A DNA stretch of 64,000 nucleotides from an uncultured Acidobacteriota bacterium. Its GTDB lineage: Bacteria > Acidobacteriota > UBA6911. Position numbers and translations under genes: made by a program. The DNA is taken from assembly GCA_963827655.1 (NCBI GenBank), contig CAWHCF010000026.1:64001-128000 (forward strand), given 5' to 3'. The notes under the pieces were generated by a model, which was not told where the DNA came from, made no database searches, and worked only from the letters and a program-made list of their open reading frames with translations. This document shows, in pieces, positions 20,621-32,359 of this stretch (positions are counted from its first letter, which is position 1; each line of letters starts with the position of its first letter).

Positions 20621-23502
20621 ATGATGACGCCTGAACGGTGGGAACAGATCGGCCGGCTTTACGAAGCGGCGAAGGAGCTCGAGCCATCCGAGCGCGCGGC
20701 GTTCCTGGACCAGGCTTGCGCGGGCGACGAAGCCTTGCGACGCGAGGTCGAGTCGCTGCTTGCGGCGGAGGAATCGGTCGGAGGCTTCATCACAGCGCCC
20801 GCGTTGAAAGATGCAGCGCAGCTGCTGACCGGTGAATCGCCCGAGGCGATGGTCGGAAAGCAGCTCGGCCATTACCAGATCCTCTCGTTTATCGGCGCGG
20901 GCGGGATGGGCGAGGTCTACGCAGCCAAAGACACGCGGCTGGGCCGCAGAGTCGCCGTCAAGCTGCTGCATGCTTCCGTCTCGAGCGATGCCGACCGGCT
21001 TCGACGCTTCGGGCAGGAGGCGAAGACCATTGGGATGCTCAATCACCCGAACATCCTCACCATTCACGACGTCGGCACGCACGAAGGCGCGCCGTACATT
21101 GTCTCGGAACTGCTCGAAGGCGAGACGTTGCGCGAGCAGATCAAAGACGGAGCCATAGCGCCCTCCAGGGCCGCGGACTTCGCCTTGCAGATCACACGGG
21201 GACTCGCTGCGGCGCACGAGCGCGGGCTTGCCCATCGAGATTTGAAGCCGGAGAACCTTTTCATCACCAGAGACGAGCGAATCAAGATTCTCGACTTCGG
21301 CCTGGCCAAGCTGGTGCAACCTCAGTTCAGCCGAGCCGGCGCGAGCGGGCCGGCGTTTCCCGTCGTCCGCACCAATCCGGGCATGGTAATGGGGACGGTC
21401 GACTACATGGCGCCGGAACAGTTGCGCGGCGAGGAAGCGGATCATCGCGCGGACATCTTCGCCTTCGGGGTAATCTTCTACGAGATGCTCGCGGGCGAGC
21501 GGCCGTTCCGCGGCGGCTCGTCGGCGAGACCATTAGCGCAATTCTCAAGCAGGACGCGCCGGAGTTGCCGGCGCCGTCCAGCGCGCCATCGCAGGGTTTG
21601 GAGCGCGTGATCCACCGCTGTCTGCAGAAGCGGCCGGAGCAGCGGTTTCAATCAGCCAGCGATCTGGGCTTTGCCCTGGAAGCATTGACATCTTCAGCCC
21701 TGGGGCCTTCAGGCTCGCGGTTGCGCTCAACCGCACCAAGGCCGACTCTGCCGTTCCGCCTCGACCAGGGCCGAATCGGTTGGATCGCGGCCGGCGTTTT
21801 CATGCTCGCGGCAATCCTGCTGGCCGTGGCTTATTTCAGACGTCCGGCGGAGGAGGCGAACGCGATCCGCCTATCCGTCTTACCGCCGGAGAAGGCAGCC
21901 AGAGTGGGCGATCCGGTCATTGCGCCAAACGGCCGCCGGCTCGCCTTCGTTGCCACGACTGAAGGCAAGACACTGGTCTGGGTGCGCCCGCTGGGTTCTC
22001 TTGCCGCGCAGCCGCTGCCCGGAACGGAGGGCGCGTCCGGGCCCTTCTGGTCGCCGAACGGACGGTCCATCGGCTTCTTTGCGCAGGGAAAGCTCAAAAA
22101 GATCGCGCTCTCGGGGGAGCCGCCCGTGACACTCGGCGAAGCGCCGGCTAACAGAGGTGGCACCTGGGGGCCCAACGATATCATTCTGTTTGTGCCGCAT
22201 CCGAATGCGGGGGTGTATCGAGTCTCCGCTGCGGGTGGGTCCGTGACGGCAGTGACGGCGCCGGACGGTTCGCGCCAGGAGGGAAGTCAGCTCTGGCCCT
22301 GTTTCCTGCCTGACGGCAACCATTTTCTGTATTTCATGACCGGCCTGCAGCAAGAGGAGGCCGGGATTTATATCGCTTCGCTCGACGGACGCGAGAAGAA
22401 GCGGCTCCTTACCGCGGGGTCGAATGCGCTCTATGCGCCGCCGGGACACCTGCTCTTCGTGCGGGAAAGGGTCTTGTGGGCCCAGCCATTTGATGCCGAT
22501 GAGAGCCGGCTCGCGGGCGAACCGTTGCGCCTCGCCGATCAGATACCGGTCCAGCCCTTCGGCAAGGGATTCTTCTCCGTCTCGCAGAATGGGGTATTGG
22601 TCCACAGTTCGAGCGGAAGCAGCGCAGATCAGCAAGCCGGCTGGTTCGATCGCGCGGGGAAACCGCTCGGGTTGATTGGTTCACCCGGTGCCTACCTCAA
22701 TTTCGGGCTTTCGCCTGATGAGGGCCGGGTCGCTCTGGCGAGGTTTGATCGTCAGACCGGAACACCGGACATCTGGCTTCTCGACCTGGCGCGGGGCATT
22801 GAGTCGCGCTTCACATTCGATCCTGCGCCGGACCTCTTTCCGTTCTGGTCGCCGGACGAGGGACGCATATTATGGCTTTCCATCCGGGGAGGGCTTTTCA
22901 GCCTCCAGCGGAAGGCGTCCAGCGGCGCGGGTCAGGACGAGCTGTTGCTCACGTCAGATCACCAGAAACATCCCACCGACTGGTCCGGGGACGGACGCTT
23001 TATCGTTTACCAGGATAACGACCCCAAGACGAAATGGGATGTGTGGGTCCTGCCGCTCGACGGGGAGCGTAATCCCTTTCCTTTTGCGCAGACGGGATTC
23101 AACGAGGCCAACGGCCATTTCTCTCCCGATTCAAAATGGATCGCCTGGACTTCAGATGATTCAGGAAGTAACGAGGTTTACGTCCAGGCTTTTCAGAATC
23201 CGGAGGGCAGGCGGCAAATCTCGACCAAAGGCGGCGACCAGCCTCGCTGGCGCCGTGACGGGAAAGAGCTGTTCTACATCGCCGCCGACGGGAAGTTGAT
23301 GGCCGTTGAGGTGAAGAGTGGCGCAGGTTTCGAGTCCGGCGCGCCCAAAGCGCTCTTTGATCTGCGGGGCATCAGGGCGATTGGCGGCAACTACGCCGTG
23401 GCGGCCGACGCCAGGAAGTTCCTGGTCATGACGAGCATTGAAGAAGCGAGCGCAGCGCCGTTCATCGTGGTGCTCAACTGGACGGCGGACTTGAATCGAT
23501 GA
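20621..23502 (+). CDS. Ser/Thr kinase with TM segment and TolB-like/PD40 propeller; frameshift near 21525
   Basis: [46 protein letters not shown] 21565..23502 has WSP/FSPD repeats and ends VVLNW. Confidence 0.92.
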
Positions 23503-23564
23503 TAATCGCCAGTGCTTTCGGTGAATCAGACGGTAACCCGTCAGAACGTGTGAAGAAACTGATT

Positions 23565-23780
23565 CTGTGACGCGGGTCATCAGAGACTGTCGCAAAACTC
23601 AGATTCCCCTGGTAGTTTGGCTCAGACATTCTTTAGAGCACCCTGTGGCGACGGGTCATTGGCCCGTCGCAAGTTACCTAATCGCTATGCCTTAACCTTA
23701 AAAGTTCAGTAGTGCCCCTCGGGAGCCGGACGGGCTTGATAGCCCGTCCGCACATGAACCGGGCGGGTTTTGCAGCACGG
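23565..23780. repeat. REPIN-like element, family A copy 2 (inverted vs copy 1)
   Basis: Aligns with the reverse complement of 11413-11651 along its length, e.g. TGGCTCAGACA, CTGTGGCGAC, GGACGGGCTTGATAGCCCGTCCGCACA. Confidence 0.8.
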
Positions 23781-23797
23781 AACTTCGCTATGGATGC

Positions 23798-24691
23798 TTA
23801 TCTGACAAAGATTCTGCTTTGGCGGGAGTCGTTATCGACCTCTCTCTGATGCGCGGCGATGAAGTAGCGCATCACGATTGCCGCGCGCGCCGGGTCGAGA
23901 GACTTACTGACCAGCACCCATTGGTAGCTACCTTCGCGGAAGGCGTACGTCTGCTGCTTGGGACAATCGACCTTGACGCACTGGATTCCTTGGACCACGG
24001 TGTCGAATGCATCCTGACTTCCAAAGCGGAAACGCACGGAAGCAGGCGCGACAAAAACCGAGAAGGCCTCGATGCCGTTGCCATAGATGAGCTGCACGAC
24101 CCGGTGGGCGCCCACACTACCGATGTGCTGCGCCTGCAGGTGATAGCCTGCCAGCGGCGAAGCGTCCGGAACCGATCTCAGTCCGCTTGCCAGGAGGGGG
24201 TCGTCGCGCTCGCGTGAGTCAAAACCCGGAGCCGCCCGCGCTAACGCTCTGTAGCTGGCCGCAGGCAAGGCCGCCTGCACCGGGTGCAGGTAGGCGCCGA
24301 GGTCCAGCTCGTCGAAGATGCCGGCTCCTCCGGGGGATTCCTTGGTGACACGGAGTGTCTCCAACGCTGCCATGGCCACGAGCAGCGCGGCAACGGCGGC
24401 GATTGGTCCGCGCCTCCGCTGCAGCCACGCGGAGGTGCTTGTCTCCGGCACCGGCAAGGGCGCCGGACGCCTTCGACGCATCTCAATATCATCCCAGAGC
24501 AAGAACGGCGCTCGGATTCGCTCGAGGTAGCCGAGAAGCTCAACTATGGAGGCGGTCTTGGCATGCCGGCGGCGGCAGCGCTGACACTGCTCGAGATGCG
24601 CCGAGACGCGCGCGGCCTCTTCCGGTGGTAGCGCATCGTGGCAATAAGACGAGATCTTGCGGCTGACGTGATTCAGGAACATCCTTGCCAC
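23798..24691 (-). CDS. Zinc-binding anti-sigma factor (zf-HC2), membrane-anchored
   Basis: HLEQCQRC (HxxxCxxC), TM PIAAVAALLVAMAAL, downstream of the ECF gene. Confidence 0.85.
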   Translation of the reverse strand: MARMFLNHVSRKISSYCHDALPPEEAARVSAHLEQCQRCRRRHAKTASIVELLGYLERIRAPFLLWDDIEMRRRRPAPLPVPETSTSAWLQRRRGPIAAVAALLVAMAALETLRVTKESPGGAGIFDELDLGAYLHPVQAALPAASYRALARAAPGFDSRERDDPLLASGLRSVPDASPLAGYHLQAQHIGSVGAHRVVQLIYGNGIEAFSVFVAPASVRFRFGSQDAFDTVVQGIQCVKVDCPKQQTYAFREGSYQWVLVSKSLDPARAAIVMRYFIAAHQREVDNDSRQSRIFVR

Positions 24692-24696
24692 CTGTT

Positions 24697-25269
24697 TTAG
24701 TCCGTATTGCGCCGAAGAGTGGCCAGTTGCCGGGCCAGGATCCTGTGGCTCCGGTTTAGCCGCGCTGCGACCGCGCTGGGCGAGCAGCCCAGCGCAGCGG
24801 CAATTTCTTCGTAAGAAAGCCCGTCGACGTAGCGGAGGATCACAGCGAACCGCAGCTTGGGTTTTAGACGCACGACTGCGGCTTGCACGGCCTGCCGTAC
24901 CTGGCGCCGCACGAGCGCCTCTTCCTGCGGGCGTCCCAAACTCGTGAAGTACCGGTTTGAGGCTTGGGCGAGAGGAACGAACCGCCGCCGACGTCGGAAT
25001 TCGTCCATACAGACATTGACCGCGATTCGATACAGCCAGGTTGTAAACTGGGACTGGCCACGGAATTCCCCGATCCCCGACAGGACCTTCAGGAAGACCT
25101 CCTGCGTAATGTCCAGCGCCAGAGGCGTGTCGCCCGTAAAATGGAATGCCAGTGAAAACACGCGGTCCTTGTACGCTTCGAACAGCGTCCGAAAGTCTTC
25201 CTCGCGTCCGCCCTTGCAGCCTTCGACCTGCCGGCTTTCAAACGTTGGTCCCGTCTCCGCTCTGAACAT
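24697..25269 (-). CDS. ECF sigma-70 factor
   Basis: DITQEVFLK, FTTWLYRIAVNVC, LRYVDGLSYEEIA. Confidence 0.92.
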   Translation of the reverse strand: MFRAETGPTFESRQVEGCKGGREEDFRTLFEAYKDRVFSLAFHFTGDTPLALDITQEVFLKVLSGIGEFRGQSQFTTWLYRIAVNVCMDEFRRRRRFVPLAQASNRYFTSLGRPQEEALVRRQVRQAVQAAVVRLKPKLRFAVILRYVDGLSYEEIAAALGCSPSAVAARLNRSHRILARQLATLRRNTD

Positions 25270-25519
25270 CTAGAAGCCTTAGACGCGGAACGGGGGGAGA
25301 TTCTTACCTTTTTTCTGCTCGTCCGGAGGTGCTTTTCTAAAGACTTCTCGGGCAGGCCACTTCTAGAAAAGATGAAGATGACTGTCTCTTACCGTTGTTA
25401 ACACAGGGAAAAGATCAATGGGGGAAGCACTGCGAAGGATTATCTGAAAGACCCGACCGGCGAGCTCGCAGTCCTTTCACACAGTCCGACGGGACAAATC
25501 CTGATGAGCTGTAAATAGT

Positions 25520-25640
25520 TTGGGGTGAAGACATTTTCTTCGAGTCCGGAGCGGCAAACGATCCACTTTCGAAGCTGATGCACCAGATCACGGGAGCAAT
25601 GGCCGAGTTCGAGCGCGCCAAGATCACCAAAATGTTTGCC
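25520..25640 (+). pseudogene. Serine recombinase (resolvase family) fragment
   Basis: Manual translation from 25542: ESGAANDPLSKLMHQITGAMAEFERAKITKM, typical of the resolvase alphaE helix (GAxAEFER). Confidence 0.6.
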
Positions 25641-25643
25641 ACT

Positions 25644-28600
25644 CTAAGGCGGCAAGACCTGCGGCGGCACTGCCGAGAGCACTGACTGGTTGCGGGTGCC
25701 AAAGAGTGAAAAGCTGGCAACATCCGTATCGGCCGGTGACTTTTATGTAGCCGGAGCGCTGATTCTCAATGAGGAGATTATTCGGAAAGTATTCGGTTAA
25801 CACCTTCGAGATTCGCTGCGCTGGTGGAATGCTTCATGTCTGTCGTCGCGACCAGGGTGCCTCTCGCGTCGAACACTTCGATCTTCGTGTTAGCAACGCT
25901 GTTGGTTGGATTGAGAATAGCCACACCGGTGAAGTAGGTATCGTCAGATGCGACCTGGCTGAAGACGACTTCACTATGAGGTGTCGAAACCAGGGGAAGA
26001 GTCTGAAGAGAACTGGCTACGACCAGGATCACCGAAGACAACAGAACCGGCCAGCTTGGGACCGGTGCTAGTGATCTTGACATAACCTTCGGTATGGGTA
26101 GTGGGATCGAGAAAGAAATTCTGATCTGTGATGTAGATCTTGCCTCGGGGCGCGATTGGAACAACCCTGGTGACGCCAATTGGCATTCCGTCACCCCCGA
26201 TAAACTCGAACATTACCTGCCCCGCAATCGAATCCAGGTTGACGATCGAAAGAGTCGATCGATAATCTCTACCACCGACGACATACTGGGGAGAGTAGAG
26301 AATTTTGCCGCCACCGGTTGCATCCTGCCCGTTTAGACCGTAGACGTACTGAGCTGTCTTTCCCAGATATTCAAAGGGAACGACGCCTCGATTGGAAGTC
26401 GCTCGAATGTAGTCGGAGCCTTCGCGAGTCACGCCGCGGAAGAGATCGGTAAAAAACTCGGCCATCGATCCATTGGCCTTGACCTCGCGCTCAACGGCTG
26501 GAGTTCGCAGCGTTCCGTCGAACTTGTACAGTTCGAAGGTAAGGGTAGCCGGAGCCGGGTCGGGATTGGCAACGTGGATCTGAGTGAACCCTTGATCCTC
26601 AATCTCCGGCAGGATGAATGATTTCAGGTTTGCGGAAGAGACGTCGGCGCCGTCGAGAAACGAGAGGCGGTCGTTGAAGTTGAGGAAAAAGCCGACGACC
26701 TCCTGTACGGTGCTTTCGACCTTGATCCAACCCACAGCGGATGCCGACCGCAAGCCTGAACCAAGAAGATCGGTATCGACCAGCGGGACCTGCTCGATAC
26801 TTGCGACCGAAACAGAGGCAGGGTTTGTAATACCCGGACCGGTTATCTTCTCTCCATTTTTGTCGAAGGCCGTGACGGTTAGGGTTGCCTCGGCACCACT
26901 CAGATTGGCGACAGCGATTCCGGTGACTTCATCGGGGCTGCTTTCATTCCCAGCGGTGCTGACCAGGCGAGGATAAAAGAGCGTGGTAAGTGCGGCTCTG
27001 TTATTTGTGACCGTGAAAGTGATGGAATTCGAATTCCCGCCGCCGGGCCCTGGGTTCGACACCGCCACGCTGGCGGTTCCCTCTGATGGAATATCAGCGG
27101 GTGACACAGGCGAGGTCAGTTGAACGTTGCTGATATAGTTCGTGTTCCGGTCTGCTCCGTTCCAGCGAATCCTAGAACCGGGAAGTCCGGACGGAGATGG
27201 GGAGACGAAATTCAAGCCGTTGGCGGTTGCGGCAAATCCCGTTCCTCGGGCGGGCGCCGAGGTTGGGTTGAGTCCTAAGAGCAGAGGCACGGGGTTCAGG
27301 GTGGTGACGACCCCGGGATTCGAAATGAGCGTGCCAGTCTGCTCGGGATTTGTGAAAGACTCGAAGGATGCAGGGTTCGTGACAGTGACGGCAAAGGTGA
27401 ATCCCGTCGCGATATCGGAGCCAGGGATGATTGCCCGGAGTTGCGTAGCATTGTCAAAGAAGGTCCTTATTATCTTGACCGTTGAACTGAACCATCGATG
27501 CGGGAACGAAACCGGTGCCGTTGACCGTAAGGGTGAAATCACCACCTCCGGCGTCTACCCGGGTGGGGTTGATGCGAGTGATAGTAGGGGCTCCGGGGAC
27601 GAGGGCCCTAATTTCAAGAGTCCGAGCATCTGAAGGGCCGCCACCAGGCGAGGGGTTGAATACCCTGACGCTGGCCGTGCCTACAGTGGCGATATCGGGC
27701 GCAGTAATAGCGGCTGTAAGCGTGCGATGGTCAATAAAGGTTGTGTCTCGATTTGAGCCATTCCACTGAACCACCGAAGTGGGGACAAAACTCGAACCAT
27801 ACACGATCAGAGTAAAGGGACCACTGCCGGCAATTGCTGAAATTGGATCGAGGCAGCAGATCGACGGCGGTGGGGTTGTAATAGCGAAAGTTTGACTATT
27901 CGAGGTGGCTCCACCGGACGTGTTCACTACCGTTATGTTGACCGTGCCTCCGCTGGCGACATCTCTTTCGGAGATCCTGACTCTAAGCTGCGCGCTACTG
28001 AGAAACGTAGTGGGACGCTCCTGATTGTTGAATCGAACCCTGGATTCAGCAACGGAGTCTTTGACGAAATTTGAGCCATTGACGGTCAGTTCGAACCCTG
28101 AACTGCCGGTTTCTATCGAACTTGGGCTGAGGCCGGAGATTGAAGGCCGCTCGATAGGGCTGCGTGCTGGCCCGATGATCCCACTGTACGCTCGCGACGC
28201 CATCTGGGGCGTCGGTGTGGTGTTGTCAGTGACCTTCACCGTAAAGCTGAAGGCACCAGCGGTCGTCGGAGTACCGCGCAATCGCTCCCGTCGTGGCATT
28301 CTGCGTCACTCCAGCAAGAAGTGCCCCTGCAGTGATCGACCAGGTGTACGGCGCAGTTCCACCCGCGGCTGCGAATGCCGCCGAATACGCTACCCCAACC
28401 GCTCCGTTTGGAACGGATTCCGTCGTGATCGTCAATGCTGAAGGACTGATCATGCCACTATAGGATCGGCTCGCCATCTGAGGCGCCGGTGTCGTACTGT
28501 CGGTAACTCTCACCGTGAAGTTGAAGGAACCAGCCGCAGTCGGCGTGCCCGTGATTGCCCCCGTGGCGGAGTTCTGCGTCAGTCCAGCAGGAAGTGAGCC

Positions 28601-31349
28601 TGCACTGATCGACCAGGTGTACGGTGCAGTTCTGCCCGTGGCTGCGAATGCCGCCGAATACGCTACCCCAACCGTTCCGTTTGGAACGGATTCCGTCGTG
28701 ATCGTCAATGCTGAAGGACTGATCATGCCACTATAGGATCGGCTCGCCATCTGAGGCGAGGGTGTCGTACTGTCGGTAACTCTCACCGTGAAGTTGAAGG
28801 GACCAGCCGCGGACGGCGTGCCTGTGATTGCCCCCGTCGTGACGTTCTGCGTCAGTCCAGCAGGAAGTGAGCCTGCACTAATCGCCCAGGTGTACGGTGC
28901 AGTTCCGCCCGTGGCTGCGAATGCCGCCGAATAGACCACTCCAACCGTTCCGTTTGGAACGGATTCTGTCGTGATCGTTGGAGGAACTAATCACGTCACT
29001 AATCGTGCCACTATAGGATCGGCTCGCCATCTGAGGCGAGGGTGTCGTACTGTCGGTAACTCTCACCGTGAAGTTAAAAGGACCAGCCGCGGATGGCGTG
29101 CCTGTGATTGCCCCCGTCGCTGACGTTCTGCGATCAGTCCAGCAGGAAGTGAGCCTGCACTAATCGCCCAGGTGTACGGTGCAGTTCCGCCCGTGGCTGC
29201 GAATGCCGCCGAATAGACCACACCAACCGTTCCGTTTGGAACGGACTCTGTCGTGATCGTTGGAGGAACAATCACGTCACTAATCATGCCACTATAGGAT
29301 CGGCTCGCCATCTGAGGCGAGGGTGTCGTACTGTCGGTAACTCTCACGGTGAAGTTAAAAGGACCAGCTGCGGATGGCGTGCCCGTGATTGCCCCCGTCG
29401 TGACGTTCTGGGTCAGTCCAGCAGGAAGCGCCCCGGCGCTGATCGACCAGCTGTACGGCGCTTTTCCCTCCTGTGGCTGCGAATGGTGGTGCCGAATACG
29501 CTACCCCAACGGTTCCGTTTGGAACGGATTCTGTCGTGATCGTCAATGACAATCACGGACTAGATCATGCCACTATAGGATCGGGTCGCCATCTGAGGCG
29601 AGGGTGTCGTACTGTCGGTAACTCTCACGGTGAAGTTGAAGGGACCAGCCGCGGATGGCGTGCCCGTGACTGCCCCCGTCGTGGGGTTCTGCGTCAATCC
29701 AGCAGGAGGTGCCCCTGCACTAATGGACCAGGTGTACGGCGCAGTTCCGCCGGTGGCCGCGAATGGTGCCGAATACGCTACCCCAACCGTTCCGTTTGGA
29801 ACAGATTCGGTCGTGATCGTTGGAGGAGGAGGCTGACTAGGTGGAGGAGGACCAGGAGGACGACTAGGAGGACTAATAATCATGCCGCTATAGGCTCGGG
29901 TCGCCATCTGAGCGTGGTGTCGTACTGTCGGTAACTCTCACCGTGAAGTTGAAGGGACCAGCCGCGGATGGCGTGCCTGTGATTGCCCCCGTCGTGGAGC
30001 TCTGCGTCAGTCCAGCAGGAAGCGCCCCGGCGCTGATCGACCAGGTGTACGGCGTCTTCCCACCTGTGGCTTCGAATGGTGGGGTCGAATATGCTACCTC
30101 AACCGTTCCGTTCGGCACCGACTGAGTTGTGATCATTAGTGAGGAGCACGCGTCAATTATTGCGTACGGACGAGGAGGATCATCCTTTGGGTTGTTCGTG
30201 GCAATTTCATCGGACTCGAGCATCAGTTGAAACCGAGGACGTGAGGAGCTCTCGGAAGGAGCTGCGCAGCCGGATGCGGGAGAGACGCCGGGCGCGAGCG
30301 CAACGGCTGCCAGGATGGTTCCAGTCGTTGTTACACCGCTCCTGAGCACGATTAGCGGAGCGAGAGTAAACGTCTCGACGGCTAAATCGCTGAGGCCCAC
30401 CTGATTCAATGATTCGAAACTATAAATCCCGAAAGCGGTGCCGGCGGTTGGGCTGAAACCGCTATCCAAGAGTATGAGCTGCGCATTCGTCCGCGGATCC
30501 CTACTGCTAGAGGCTGGCCAAATGATTCCCGATACGCTGGCGGGGATGCCTTCGAGCCATACGAGGAATTGCGTGGAGTTAGTCGGGGCGGCTAAAGCCG
30601 GTCCTTCCTCCTCCCTGCGGTCATTTGAGGCATTGTTGTCATTGTTGGAATCACGGTCTACAAATGCACGAGCAAATCCTTCTGCGATTCGGATGTTGTA
30701 AGACGGGATGGCCGTACCTGCCGGAGCCTTGCCCGTCGTGGGATAGCACAACAGAATCGCGTCCGACGTAATGTTGACGTTCATAGCGTCAAAAGATTTC
30801 GCCACGAGGGCCCGTTCTGGAGAAAAAGAATGGGCGGCAGGGTCGTCGATGGATTGAAGGTCCACAAAAAGATCGGTGGAGGGAGTGATGGCCAGGCTGG
30901 TATCAATCCGGGCCCGCATACTATGGATGCGGATGAACTCTTTCTCGGCGAGTTTTACCCCGGGGAGCAGATTGATGATTATGAATCCGATGCACCGGCC
31001 ATTGATAATGCGATTCTCAATACTCGCAATGGTAGGATTCGCTGCCGCAAAACCCGGGCTGCGACCGAGCCTGATCGTGGGCAAAGTATTGTCGATCTGC
31101 AGCGCGGGGCTGCTATAGATCAGCGCAATTCGCGCGGGACCTCCACTCGAGGTCCCGGTCACGTTCCCCGTGCCGCGGACGCTAAGAACGACGGCGCCTG
31201 TAACCTCCGAACGGGCCGGTGTTTATCACCTCGGTCGGGCTGGTAACTACATCCCAGCGTACGGCGCCATAGCCTGTGCCAGCGAAGCCGAACAGCAGAA
31301 ACCACAACCACGCGAGCTGGGCCGTTCGATTGCTTTTTGGAAGAATCAT
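25644..31349 (-). CDS. Large secreted/surface protein (about 1,900 aa): N-terminal domain, 7 putative-Ig (He_PIG) repeats, IPT/TIG domains, C-terminal beta domains; many frameshifts
   Basis: Joined from ORFs 31182..31514, 29888..31162, 29560..29907, 29063..29347, 28226..28939, 27454..28299, 25974..27545 and 25778..26194. Signal peptide MILPKSNRTAQLAWLWFLLFG; ends SFSLFGTRNQSVLSAVPPQVLPP*. Confidence 0.7.
28195..30135 (-). repeat. Seven near-identical coding tandem repeats (about 270-315 bp)
   Basis: Unit TITTESVPNGTVGVAYSAAFAATGGTAPYTWSISAGSLPAGLTQN-TTGAITGTPSAAGPFNFTVRVTDSTTP starts near 30135, 29820, 29545, 29260, 28980, 28705 and 28435. Confidence 0.9.
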
Positions 31350-31538
31350 AAAATCTTGCTCCAGTGATTCTGACTCAACACCACCGCACCTAGATTGTTG
31401 CGCGGGCTTTCTTTGCCTGCGCGACGATTCAAAATGGCCGTCCCTCTGTGTAAGCGAGAAATCCTGGCGGAAGCTATCATTCGAGAGTGAGAATTCTATC
31501 GCACGCGAATTCAAAGGACAGCGAAGTCACAAAGGAAT

Positions 31539-31554
31539 AGCAATTGCCGGACCA
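31539..31554 (-). promoter_or_regulatory. Candidate sigma-54 (-24/-12) promoter
   Basis: TGGTCCGGCAATTGCT has GG-N10-GC spacing, about 190 bp upstream of the surface-protein start. Confidence 0.4.
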
Positions 31555-32199
31555 CAGTCCGAGATAAGCCGCATTCAAGCCGATTCCGCATTCGAAATCG
31601 TTTATCAACTCGCAATTGCGTTCTTTGGTCTACGGGATTGCGGATTGCGTTTTACCAGCCAATTACTATCTGATCGGATACTGACGCTATACAAATAGGA
31701 TAGGCTTTGCGGCAGTCAGGCGAAGAAGGGGAAGACGTTGTAACGATCCACCGGCACGCAAGTTTGTAGGCCCTGGTTGTTCCGCCAGGATAGATTAGCC
31801 GTGCGCTTGAGCCCCTCCATGTACGGCCCAGATGGCTGCAAGCCGACGCATGAGATCGAAGAACGCCGCTTCCACACAGTGTGCGAGCACGACACCGGTA
31901 ATGTCGGGGCACTCCCCCGTTCTTTCTCTAGCGTATCGATCATGCTGCAATGGATAAGAGCTTTAGAGTATCGAGATGCTCCAGGAACGCCTGCATGAGG
32001 TCATCTGCGGGGCCGAGGTGGTTATCGGCTGGTGTGAACAGCGCATCGACTATGAGCAGATCGGGGTGTCGCTTGACAGTATGCGAAGGCGACATCCGAG
32101 CCGTCAGCGGTACGAACGATCACGAGAGTAATATTCAGCACGAGAGAAATTACGGCACGACGGTGCGACCTGCGCGGCGCGGGTCTGTCAGGAAGATTC

Positions 32200-32289
<90 letters not shown>

Positions 32290-32359
32290 GCAGTCTGTGG
32301 TCTCAGTAGTTTAGCAGAATGAACGCGGGTGCCATGAGATCAATTGTGACGCCACTCGC

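Noticed and set aside
28195-30135. DGR or shufflon explanation of the near-identical repeats
   Set aside because: Repeats are in-frame protein domains; no reverse transcriptase, intact invertase or adenine-specific variation seen.
31652-32190. Short ORFs beside the tRNA
   Set aside because: No integrase or other recognisable motif; probably decayed DNA.
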